Shown: positions 1-7,026 of the stretch, in pieces
How the letters are laid out: each line of letters begins with the position of its first letter
Position numbering within the stretch: position 1 is the stretch's first letter
Source of the DNA: a virus
Lineage: Duplodnaviria; Caudoviricetes
Length of the DNA: 53,697 nucleotides
Strand: one strand, 5' to 3'
Virus record (IMG/VR): IMGVR_UViG_3300044626_001013
Span: 1 to 53,697 of that record
Notes under the pieces: model-generated
Database searches by the model: none
Told to the model about the DNA's origin: nothing
What the model saw: the letters and a program-made list of their open reading frames with translations, nothing else
Position numbers and translations under genes: made by a program

Positions 1-704
1 GACCGAGCGCGCGGGAAGTTGCCCAAGCGGGCGCCCGCGAAGCCGCCGCGGCGGCGGGATCCGCCCGCCCCCGGCGGGGTCGATGGTGTGCCCGACCTGA
101 TCCCGGTGCCGCTTGCCCCCTTCTTGTCTGCGGCTGCCCGTGCCCGTGGTCGCGTGGTCACGTCCGTGGCGCAGGTGGAGGCCGCGCAGGCCATGCTGAG
201 GGCCACGCCGGAGGAACTGTTGCGGGCTGGGTGGCGTGCTGGTGGCGTCGAGCGTGTCGCCGCGCGTCTCGCGCGTGGGGAGGGATCCGGACCCAAGAGC
301 GTTGATCGGTCCGCCGGCGGGGGGGACGGGGGGGGTGGCGAGCGTCCCCCGACACCCCCCAAGAGCGAGGGCGCTGGGGGGCGATGAGCGCGCCCGAGGG
401 GGGGAGGCGGGGGAGGGGCGGCGCAGTCGCGTGCCTGGTCGCGCGTCGCTGCTGGCGGGGCTGCGGAGCCGGGCAACGCGGGCGAGACGCTGCCCCGCGG
501 GGTCAAGACCCTGGGCCGACCGTGGCGGCGCGAGGAGGGCGCACGCGGCCCCGCCTGTCGTCCTCATGCACGACCGGGGGCGACCCGCCGCCCGGGGGTG
601 GGCGTGGTCCTCCCCCGGTGCCCGCCGGGGATCCCGAGCCGCCGACGCGACCGGGCACGGGCTGGGGCGGGTCCGCGCCCTGCTGGCGGGGGCCGTCGCC
701 GCCC

Positions 705-741
705 AAAACGCAAGCCGCCCAACCGGTGAGGGCTGGGCGGC
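705..741 (-). terminator. Intrinsic terminator-like hairpin closing the leftward early cluster
   Basis: Minus strand GCCGCCCAGCC-CTCACC-GGTTGGGCGGC followed by TTGCGTTTT, just downstream of the last minus-strand ORF. Confidence 0.55.
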
Positions 742-774
742 GTGCTGGGGGGGGGATGCTCCGGGGGGTGACCG

Positions 775-990
775 TCACCCTTGATCGGTCTTGCCGCGCT
801 TGCCTTGGCGGCGTTCGAGGGCTTCTCGCACCGCGATTTCGAGCGCGACCGCGCCCGAAACAGGTACGCCGGTCTGCTCGGAGATGTGCGCGGCGATGGC
901 CTGCACCATCGCCCACGTGCCAAGCCTCGCCCCGATCTTCTCTTGCCGGGGTGCAACCTTGCTTGCCTTCTTGGGGGGTCGCTTGCTCAT
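775..990 (-). CDS. Small basic protein, possibly ribbon-helix-helix DNA-binding
   Basis: 71 aa, K/R-rich ends, helical core; ATG overlaps the upstream stop. Confidence 0.55.
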   Translation of the reverse strand: MSKRPPKKASKVAPRQEKIGARLGTWAMVQAIAAHISEQTGVPVSGAVALEIAVREALERRQGKRGKTDQG

Positions 991-1478
991 GGCTGAACGG
1001 TAGCACCGTCGTGGGGGTACGGGCCGCTGGCCGGGGGGTAGCCCGCAATCTCACGCATGAGGGCAGCGGTGCCAGCAAACGCATCATCCGCCGGGTCGCC
1101 GCGTTCTGGCCCTCGCCAGTAGAGCCACGCCCTCGCCAGCAGCGGCGCATCCCACGCGCAGCCGTCGGCAAGGGACCACGCCCGCCGCTGAAGTTTGCCG
1201 GGCTCGCCGTCCCATGCCGCCGTGTGGTCGCCGTCTCGCGAAAACTGCTTGTCCATGAAACTTGCCCAACCCAGCGTGTCAAACGCGGCGAGCATCACTT
1301 CGTCGGCATCGCACCACTCATGGGAAATGCTGTAGCCCGCGCCGATGGCGTTGGCGTTCATCTGCATGGCGCGGACCGTCTCCCACCGTTCCTCGGGGTG
1401 CCCGTCTTTCAGGTGCTGTGCGAACACCGCCGCGAGCGCAAGGGCGTTGCCGGGACTGTTGGTCACAATGATGCTCAC
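987..1478 (-). CDS. Hypothetical protein, paralog of 1475-2110
   Basis: GTG start overlapping upstream TGA after a GGAAGGGGG RBS-like run; motif SHEWCDADEVMLAAFDTLGWA. Confidence 0.7.
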   Translation of the reverse strand: MSIIVTNSPGNALALAAVFAQHLKDGHPEERWETVRAMQMNANAIGAGYSISHEWCDADEVMLAAFDTLGWASFMDKQFSRDGDHTAAWDGEPGKLQRRAWSLADGCAWDAPLLARAWLYWRGPERGDPADDAFAGTAALMREIAGYPPASGPYPHDGATVQP

Positions 1479-1493
1479 TTGGCACCCCCTTCC
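1475..1493 (-). repeat. Gene-junction repeat GGAAGGGGGTGCCAAGTGA (identical at 2107-2125; variants at 2952-2969 and 2620-2638)
   Basis: Direct comparison; carries RBS, stop and overlapping GTG start. Confidence 0.9.
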
Positions 1494-2110
1494 GCGCCCG
1501 GGACATCGGCCAACCACTGCAAGTCCGCCACCTGCTTCACGGTCAACTCGACCCCCATCCCCTCGGAGTCTGCCGCCAAGGCGGCCAGCGCAAGGGCCTT
1601 GCGGTCGTAGCCGCTCGCCCGGGCAAACAGCCACGCCCGGTCCATCGCGGCCGCCGCGAACGCGTGCCTTTGCTCGCCGCCCCACTGCTCGCCGGGCCAA
1701 CCGGCTTCGGTGATGCCGTCGAGATACGGGTGCGCCCACCCCAGCGTGTCGCACGCATCCAACATGCACACGTTCGCATCCACCACGTCATGGGACCGAC
1801 AACAGCCGTCGCCCTCGGTGCCGTCGCACGTGGCTACCGCCATGTCCAGCACGGTGGCGGCTCGCACCCATTCCAACGCCGTGAGCGTCGCCGCTGGTGA
1901 CTCGTCCAACGCCTGAGCCGCGCCCCACACCGCGCCGCCGATCCATGTGCCCGCGTTGTCCATGCCGTGGGCGTTGCGGCGGGGCTCACCCATCCGGTGG
2001 CCCGCGTCCCGCTCAAGATTCGCGCAGTAGTGCGCCGCGATAGCGAGCGAGGCGACTGCGTCGGACTTGCCCGCCCAGTCGAACCGGGTCCGCTTGTTGT
2101 CGTCGTTCAC
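1475..2110 (-). CDS. Hypothetical protein, paralog of 987-1478
   Basis: GTGA-coupled start; motif SHDVVDANVCMLDACDTLGWA; ends EGGAK. Confidence 0.7.
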   Translation of the reverse strand: MNDDNKRTRFDWAGKSDAVASLAIAAHYCANLERDAGHRMGEPRRNAHGMDNAGTWIGGAVWGAAQALDESPAATLTALEWVRAATVLDMAVATCDGTEGDGCCRSHDVVDANVCMLDACDTLGWAHPYLDGITEAGWPGEQWGGEQRHAFAAAAMDRAWLFARASGYDRKALALAALAADSEGMGVELTVKQVADLQWLADVPGAEGGAK

Positions 2111-2298
2111 TTGGCACCCCCTTCCAGCGTCATGCGCCCAACCTTGTTGCCGTTGAAGTCGAATAGCGGCTTCTCCGTGAACGTCTCGCCCTTGGCCTCG
2201 ATGGTGTCGCGGCAGTCGTCCAACAGGTCGGCCACCTGCCCAACGAAGTCGTCCGCAAACGCCGCATTGTCGCACTCGATCACGATGCTGAGTTTCAT
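2107..2298 (-). CDS. Small phage hypothetical protein
   Basis: 63 aa, MKLSIVIECDNAAF...DFNGNKVG; starts at the end of the ATGGAGCGACCCATG leader. Confidence 0.7.
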   Translation of the reverse strand: MKLSIVIECDNAAFADDFVGQVADLLDDCRDTIEAKGETFTEKPLFDFNGNKVGRMTLEGGAK

Positions 2299-2320
2299 GG
2301 GTCGCTCCATGGTGCCCGGG
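2296..2320 (-). repeat. Start-associated repeat ending ATGGAGCGACCCATG (24/25 identical at 3225-3249; 15-nt core at 3727-3741)
   Basis: Direct comparison; contains GGAG RBS and the start codon. Confidence 0.9.
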
Positions 2321-2345
2321 TTTCGGCCACGCGCCGCAAGGCCCG

Positions 2346-2381
2346 GAAAACCCCCGCCACGCCGGTGGGCATGGCGGGAGG
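2346..2381 (-). terminator. Intergenic hairpin, terminator-like
   Basis: Minus strand CCCGCCATGCC-CACC-GGCGTGGCGGG then GGTTTT; related hairpin at about 3279-3307. Confidence 0.5.
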
Positions 2382-2383
2382 GC

Positions 2384-2623
2384 TTAGTTGCCGTGCTGGC
2401 CCTCGCGGGGACCGCCTGCGAAATAGATGCGGATGGCGTCGAGTTCGGCGGTCTGCACCGCCTTGCCCGTGTCCGCGGTCCACATGATGCCGTCAGGGCT
2501 GTACCAGTTGGTGCCGTCGGCGCGGCGCAGCACGTACTCGCCGCCCGTCTCGGGGCACGCGTGGAAGTCCGCGCACCACTCCGCTTCATAGATCGGACGG
2601 CTCCGTGGGCGTTGGCGGCTCAC
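2384..2623 (-). CDS. Hypothetical protein
   Basis: 79 aa, GTGA-coupled start, AAGGAGGT RBS. Confidence 0.65.
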   Translation of the reverse strand: MSRQRPRSRPIYEAEWCADFHACPETGGEYVLRRADGTNWYSPDGIMWTADTGKAVQTAELDAIRIYFAGGPREGQHGN

Positions 2624-2955
2624 TTGCTCACCTCCTTCAGTGCGGCGTCAAGCAACGCGACAACAATGTCGCGAGACGTTGCCTCCACCCATGCCTCGCG
2701 CATCTCGCGGTTGGCGCACCCCCGCACCGGCTCCTTGAGGCACGCCCGCACCTGCTCAGCGGTCACGCCGATCCGGTTCGCCGCCTGCCGAATGGCGTGC
2801 GACTCGAACCAATGGCGCAGGGCGTCGTCGATTCGCTGCTTCCACACCAAGGGCACCAGCCCGACCGCCAGCCCGGCGCGTGCGCTGGTGTCCATCATGG
2901 AATACACGCCGCTCGCGATGCTGCGAGCGTCTACGTCGATGCCGTACATGCTCAC
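2620..2955 (-). CDS. Hypothetical protein
   Basis: GTG start inside the junction repeat; coupled at both ends. Confidence 0.65.
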   Translation of the reverse strand: MSMYGIDVDARSIASGVYSMMDTSARAGLAVGLVPLVWKQRIDDALRHWFESHAIRQAANRIGVTAEQVRACLKEPVRGCANREMREAWVEATSRDIVVALLDAALKEVSK

Positions 2956-3227
2956 TTGGCCCCCCCTTCGGCGGCCAACCGCGTAGCGGCCTCCAGCATG
3001 GTCGCGGCATCGGTCGCCGCTGCGTCTGGCGAAGGGAACCGCACCCACTCGCCCGCCACCACGCCGTACCGCATCACGGCGAGGGCGTAGCGAATAACGC
3101 CGCGGGGGTTGGGGATTCGTGCCGCTACCAGCACGTTGTCGCCGGACAACGTGCCGAGTTCGGCAATGTCGCCGGGGATGATGCCCTCGATGAGGGCCCG
3201 CAGACTGTCCTTCTTGCTGCTGCTCAT
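2952..3227 (-). CDS. Hypothetical protein
   Basis: 91 aa; starts at the leader repeat, ends EGGAK. Confidence 0.65.
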   Translation of the reverse strand: MSSSKKDSLRALIEGIIPGDIAELGTLSGDNVLVAARIPNPRGVIRYALAVMRYGVVAGEWVRFPSPDAAATDAATMLEAATRLAAEGGAK

Positions 3228-3327
3228 GGGTCGCTCCATGTTGCCCGGGGGACGCGGGCGGGTTGAAATCCCCGAACGCCCCCGACACGCCGGTAGGCGA
3301 GCGGGGGCACGACCGATGCCAACGGGC

Positions 3328-3729
3328 TCAGAACTCCGCCACCCGCCACCCGTCGCGGTGGCGCAAGACGTAAAACTCCACCGCCACGTCGCGCTTGCGA
3401 ATCACGACCACGGCAACGCCGACACCGAGCCGCACGTAGGTGTGGTAGCCGGTGACAGGGCTCATGCGGTGGCGGAACTCGTGCGCGTCGCCGCCCGAGC
3501 CCATGTACTGCCAGCAGTCGCCCGACAAAGGGCACTCGTCGCTGCGGTCGCCCCAGCCGCCGGCCTTCAGCACGGCGTTGAGCGCGTCCCACGCCACGGT
3601 CCACTCGAGCGTGTCGCGGTCGATGCCCCAGCGGGGCGGAAACGTCAACTGTGCCGCCTTGGCTGCCTGAATGTCCGCCAACAGTTGCGCGTCGCCGCGC
3701 CGGTTGGCACCGTTCAAAACTTCACTCAT
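3328..3729 (-). CDS. Hypothetical protein (WQYMGS...HEFRHR motif)
   Basis: 133 aa; first gene after the promoter; starts at the leader repeat. Confidence 0.7.
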   Translation of the reverse strand: MSEVLNGANRRGDAQLLADIQAAKAAQLTFPPRWGIDRDTLEWTVAWDALNAVLKAGGWGDRSDECPLSGDCWQYMGSGGDAHEFRHRMSPVTGYHTYVRLGVGVAVVVIRKRDVAVEFYVLRHRDGWRVAEF

Positions 3730-3780
3730 GGGTCGCTCCATTGAGGGGTTGATGTCGCGGGCACACGCCCGCGTAGAACC

Positions 3781-3809
3781 ATTGTACCCCTACATCGGCA
3801 CTACTGCAA
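3781..3809 (-). promoter_or_regulatory. Sigma70-like promoter TTGCAG-N17-TACAAT
   Basis: Near-consensus -35/-10 with 17-nt spacer in an intergenic gap upstream of the small-gene cluster. Confidence 0.7.
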
Positions 3810-3853
3810 GCCGACTTTAGTTTTTCGGGGAGGCGTGTCCGGTCGCCGCCGCT

Positions 3854-4087
3854 TCATCGGCCCCCCCCAAGTTCCGCCCGGCACCACTGGCACACGCGCG
3901 CCGCCTTGTGGCAGTTGCCTGCGCACTCAGGGCACCGCCGCCCGCCCGCCACCGACGATACAAGGAACAGCGCAAACGCGAGGGGCCCCAGCAGGGCACC
4001 CACGACCGCGCCGACGATGACGCTCCAGCCCCTGGCGGCACCTGCCACCGCGCCGATGAGGGCTCCGATCACTAGCCACACTTCCAT
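3854..4087 (-). CDS. Membrane protein with C-terminal zinc ribbon
   Basis: Two Gly-rich hydrophobic helices then CPEC...CQWC; AGGAG RBS. Confidence 0.75.
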   Translation of the reverse strand: MEVWLVIGALIGAVAGAARGWSVIVGAVVGALLGPLAFALFLVSSVAGGRRCPECAGNCHKAARVCQWCRAELGGGR

Positions 4088-4136
4088 GTTGTCTCCTGTG
4101 TCGCTCGGACGGCACCACGCCGCCCATACCGCCACG

Positions 4137-4397
4137 TTACCGCCGCCGAAGTGCCTCGTCAACCCTACGGGGTCGCCCCGGCCGCGTTTTTGTTCGCTCG
4201 CGTCGGCGGCACGCCCGACGGAGCCATTCCACCATCGCGGCCACGTTCTCAGCGGTGAGGACGATGTCCCCGTCCATGCAGGACGCGACGACTTCGACCC
4301 CGTGGGGGGTCGCGTCGAACCTGATGTAGGTGCCTGGCTGTTGACTCCCGCCGTCGAACCCCAGAGCCATCCGCGACTTGGTGTATTTTCGCATCAC
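4137..4397 (-). CDS. Hypothetical protein
   Basis: 86 aa, coupled start/stop. Confidence 0.55.
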   Translation of the reverse strand: MMRKYTKSRMALGFDGGSQQPGTYIRFDATPHGVEVVASCMDGDIVLTAENVAAMVEWLRRACRRRERTKTRPGRPRRVDEALRRR

Positions 4398-4774
4398 GCC
4401 CCCATCCTGTTGACCAGAGCCATGTTTCCGTACCGCGTCGGCCGCGTGTCGGGCCCGGCCCGCACCAACTCATGGCGCCGCAGGAACGCCATGGTCGCCG
4501 TCACGCTCGAGTGCGGCCAGTGCTGGAACTGGACGATCAACTCATCGTCGATCACCCCGCGGTCGCCTGCTTGGTGGACCGCGTGCAGCAGCCGCTCCGC
4601 CCGGTGCTGCATCCGGTCGGACCGAGAGAGGGCCGCGGCTACCGCCTGCGACGTGATGGGGTGGCCCGCGCCGATCAGGGGGGCCTTGGGCCGCAGCGTC
4701 CGCAGCCGCTCGTACGCGTCGATCAGTTTCTGGTCTGCGGACCGCGTGTCCCACAAAAGACGACTGTCGTTCAT
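4394..4774 (-). CDS. Hypothetical protein, possibly winged-helix-like C-terminus
   Basis: 126 aa, coupled at both ends. Confidence 0.55.
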   Translation of the reverse strand: MNDSRLLWDTRSADQKLIDAYERLRTLRPKAPLIGAGHPITSQAVAAALSRSDRMQHRAERLLHAVHQAGDRGVIDDELIVQFQHWPHSSVTATMAFLRRHELVRAGPDTRPTRYGNMALVNRMGA

Positions 4775-5013
4775 GGCTTGCCCTTGGTACCTCGTTCGGC
4801 TCTCCGAATCGCCTCATACGCGATGTAGTTTGCCAGCACCGCCGCCTCCATCCAGTAAGTTGCCCGCTCGTCGGGCTTGCCTTGAGCCCGTCCATAGCAG
4901 CGTGACAGTTTGACAAAGTCGGCGGCCATCACGGCCAACGCCTGCCCGGTGACGGCCAGCAACCGCCTTGCTTCGTCACGGTCGGCCTCGGCCCGATCGG
5001 TTGGGTCTTTCAT
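4771..5013 (-). CDS. Hypothetical protein
   Basis: 80 aa in tightly packed operon. Confidence 0.55.
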   Translation of the reverse strand: MKDPTDRAEADRDEARRLLAVTGQALAVMAADFVKLSRCYGRAQGKPDERATYWMEAAVLANYIAYEAIRRAERGTKGKP

Positions 5014-5015
5014 GC

Positions 5016-5297
5016 TTACCCCTTGGTGACCCGCTCGCGGATCATCGCATCGGCCATCCGATATGCCGCTTGGGCGTATTCCTCACAGCGACCTAGTGGG
5101 ATGTAGGTATTGTGGCTTTGCAGCCCGTCGTAGTCATTGCGTCGAAACGCCTCAAGCACCTCGGAGATTTGAAACGCCGCCATCGCCTTGGCCGCGAAGT
5201 AGTCGCGGAGCGTCATTCCGGTTGGTTCACTTGTGAATGTCTCTCCGTCAGCGTTGACGTACGTGTGAACAGGGAACGCTGGTTCGTTGTTGCTCAT
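5016..5297 (-). CDS. Common phage small protein (PAFP...GMTLRDYFAAKAM...AYRMADAM family)
   Basis: Recognisable widespread phage motif set. Confidence 0.85.
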   Translation of the reverse strand: MSNNEPAFPVHTYVNADGETFTSEPTGMTLRDYFAAKAMAAFQISEVLEAFRRNDYDGLQSHNTYIPLGRCEEYAQAAYRMADAMIRERVTKG

Positions 5298-5557
5298 TCG
5301 ATCTCCTTTGCCCGCAAGCGGGCCTTGCTGACGTCAACCTCTTTCTGGGCGTTCTCGACGTCATGGCGGTGGCTGTAGTCGTCGCACATATCCATGACTT
5401 CAAGCAGTTCATGCCAAGTGTCGGCATCTCGCCACGCCCTGACCTCCGCCGCAAGCACGTCGCGGAGGGCTTCACGCAACTGCGTGACGTGGTGCGTCAG
5501 TTCGTTGCGTGACATGTCTCGCGTGGACTTGCGGATAAGCGTTTGCAATGGATCCAT
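5294..5557 (-). CDS. Hypothetical protein
   Basis: 87 aa, helical, coupled stop/start. Confidence 0.6.
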   Translation of the reverse strand: MDPLQTLIRKSTRDMSRNELTHHVTQLREALRDVLAAEVRAWRDADTWHELLEVMDMCDDYSHRHDVENAQKEVDVSKARLRAKEIE

Positions 5558-5572
5558 GGGTTGGCCTTTCGT

Positions 5573-6097
5573 TCACCGCCAATAGACGGTCCGAATCCTC
5601 CGATACTCCTTGACGTCGTGGATCCTGGCTTCGTCCAGCAAGTGCGGATCCCAAACCCGCATCTCGTTGTTGGGAAGCAACCGGTATGGACCGGTCGCCA
5701 TCGCGATCACATTCAGCGGTTTGTGTTCCGCGGGCACCGTGGCCCAGTGATCGGTCCAGTCAATCACCAGCCCGGTGTGGGTGCCGTCCGCGCCATCCTT
5801 TGTTTCGGCGCGTGTCCCCGCCAGCATGGGCAGGTGCGTCACCGTGATTCGTTCGCCCATCGCCCCCCAACGACATGCCTCCTCCGGCGAGCAAAACGTG
5901 TGTGTTGCGCTTATCGCGTGAATCGGCAACCCAGACCAGTGGGCGCCCGACTCGAGCATGACGTGGCACATGACGACCTGCGACAGGCGAGAATGGACGC
6001 CATGCCACATGCCGCGGGTGACGCCAGGCGTTTGCATGCCCAGCATCTGATTCGAGACGTTCACGTAGATCGGGAATGGAAGCGTCGCGTGGTTCAT
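5573..6097 (-). CDS. Hypothetical phage protein
   Basis: 174 aa from MNHATLP with AAGGAG RBS; globular composition (LESGAHWSGLPIHAI). Confidence 0.7.
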   Translation of the reverse strand: MNHATLPFPIYVNVSNQMLGMQTPGVTRGMWHGVHSRLSQVVMCHVMLESGAHWSGLPIHAISATHTFCSPEEACRWGAMGERITVTHLPMLAGTRAETKDGADGTHTGLVIDWTDHWATVPAEHKPLNVIAMATGPYRLLPNNEMRVWDPHLLDEARIHDVKEYRRIRTVYWR

Positions 6098-6134
6098 CAA
6101 CTGCTCCTTGCCTTTCCTCGCATCGCCTGCCGTC

Positions 6135-6197
6135 GCCAAGCCTCGCCCTGCCAAGCCGCGCCCTGCCAAGCCGCGCCCTGCCAAGCCGCGCCCTGCC
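6135..6197 (-). repeat. GGC-NN pentamer tract 2 (12 units; 15-mer repeated four times)
   Basis: Plus strand GCCAAGCCTCGCCCT then (GCCAAGCCGCGCCCT)x3, then GCC. Confidence 0.95.
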
Positions 6198-6240
6198 GCC
6201 AAACCACCCACCGCCGCTGTCGCCGCGATGGATGTTCCGT

Positions 6241-6380
6241 GCCTCGCCTAGCCGGGCCCTGCCCAGACTTGCCACGCCCCGCCCCGCCTTGCCCCGCCCT
6301 GCCCCGCCCTGCCATGCCACGCCCCGCCTCGCCTCGCCAAGCCCGGCCTCGCCTTGCCGGGCCTCGCCTCGCCCTGCCAT
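6241..6380 (-). repeat. GGC-NN pentamer tract 1 (28 phased units, variable NN); candidate guide ncRNA
   Basis: 27 of 28 consecutive plus-strand 5-mers start with GCC (exception GACTT at 6266). Confidence 0.95.
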
Positions 6381-6399
6381 CACCTCTCTCTCGCCGCCA

Positions 6400-7002
6400 T
6401 TACTCTGGCGCGACGCCGTCCGCGACCTCCCAGCCGACCACGCGGAACGTGCCGAACGGCCCGCCCTTTTCCGGCCGGAAGTCGCCAATGCCCAACTGCT
6501 CGCCGCCGTCGGCCATCAACTTGAAGATGAAGTCCTCGGCCATAAGCGCGTCGTTCACGCGGATCGTGACCTTTGCCGCCCACGAATCGAACCGGGGCCG
6601 ATGCCGCATGATGCGGCCCTTCGTGCTGGGGATCACCACCGGTCTGGAATCGACCTCGTAGTTGGTCAGGGGCTCGTTGGTCTTGGGGTCCAACAGCACG
6701 ACGGCGTCATCCATCACAGTGACCGCCGCGGGAACGCCATGCTTGGCGTACTTGCGGGTGCCCTTGATCTTGATGCCGCTGCCCGCCTCCCGCATCAACC
6801 TCGCGAACGCCGCTCCCGGCACCCAGAAGCGCCCGTCGGGCAGCCGGTACACCGCCTTCTCCGCCTGCGAGCGGGGCGTCTCCTGCGTCACCATGACCTT
6901 GACGCGTCGAGTCGTCGCCGCCAACTCGCCTTCCGCCGCCTCCCCGAACCTGTGGCTCAAGAGCGGACGCGTACCCCAAATCGTTGCCGTCACCGTTTTC
7001 AT
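6400..7002 (-). CDS. Stand-alone RAMP/Cas7-like RNA-binding protein
   Basis: N-terminal strand TATIWGTRPLL, VPGAAFARLMREAG helix, RPRFDSW and C-terminal Gly-rich loop GIGDFRPEKGGPFGTFRV in RAMP order; AAAGGAAG RBS. Confidence 0.7.
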   Translation of the reverse strand: MKTVTATIWGTRPLLSHRFGEAAEGELAATTRRVKVMVTQETPRSQAEKAVYRLPDGRFWVPGAAFARLMREAGSGIKIKGTRKYAKHGVPAAVTVMDDAVVLLDPKTNEPLTNYEVDSRPVVIPSTKGRIMRHRPRFDSWAAKVTIRVNDALMAEDFIFKLMADGGEQLGIGDFRPEKGGPFGTFRVVGWEVADGVAPE

Positions 7003-7026
7003 CCTGCTTCCTTTCGTAAACTGCTC

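Noticed and set aside
1-700. Plus-strand ORFs 19-387 and 384-1610 and G/C runs
   Set aside because: Extremely GC-rich and low complexity. 19-387 may be a real gene end, or the region may be a genome terminus, but nothing supports a call.
6135-6380. CRISPR array next to a Cas7-like gene
   Set aside because: No 23-50 nt repeats with unique spacers; the periodicity is 5 nt, and no cas1/cas2 is visible.
5760-6488. ORFs through the pentamer tracts (GRARL, AWQG, ALPSR peptides)
   Set aside because: A 5-nt period conflicts with codon structure, and GGC-NN repeats stay open in several frames. The ATG at 6380 directly abuts its SD-like sequence.
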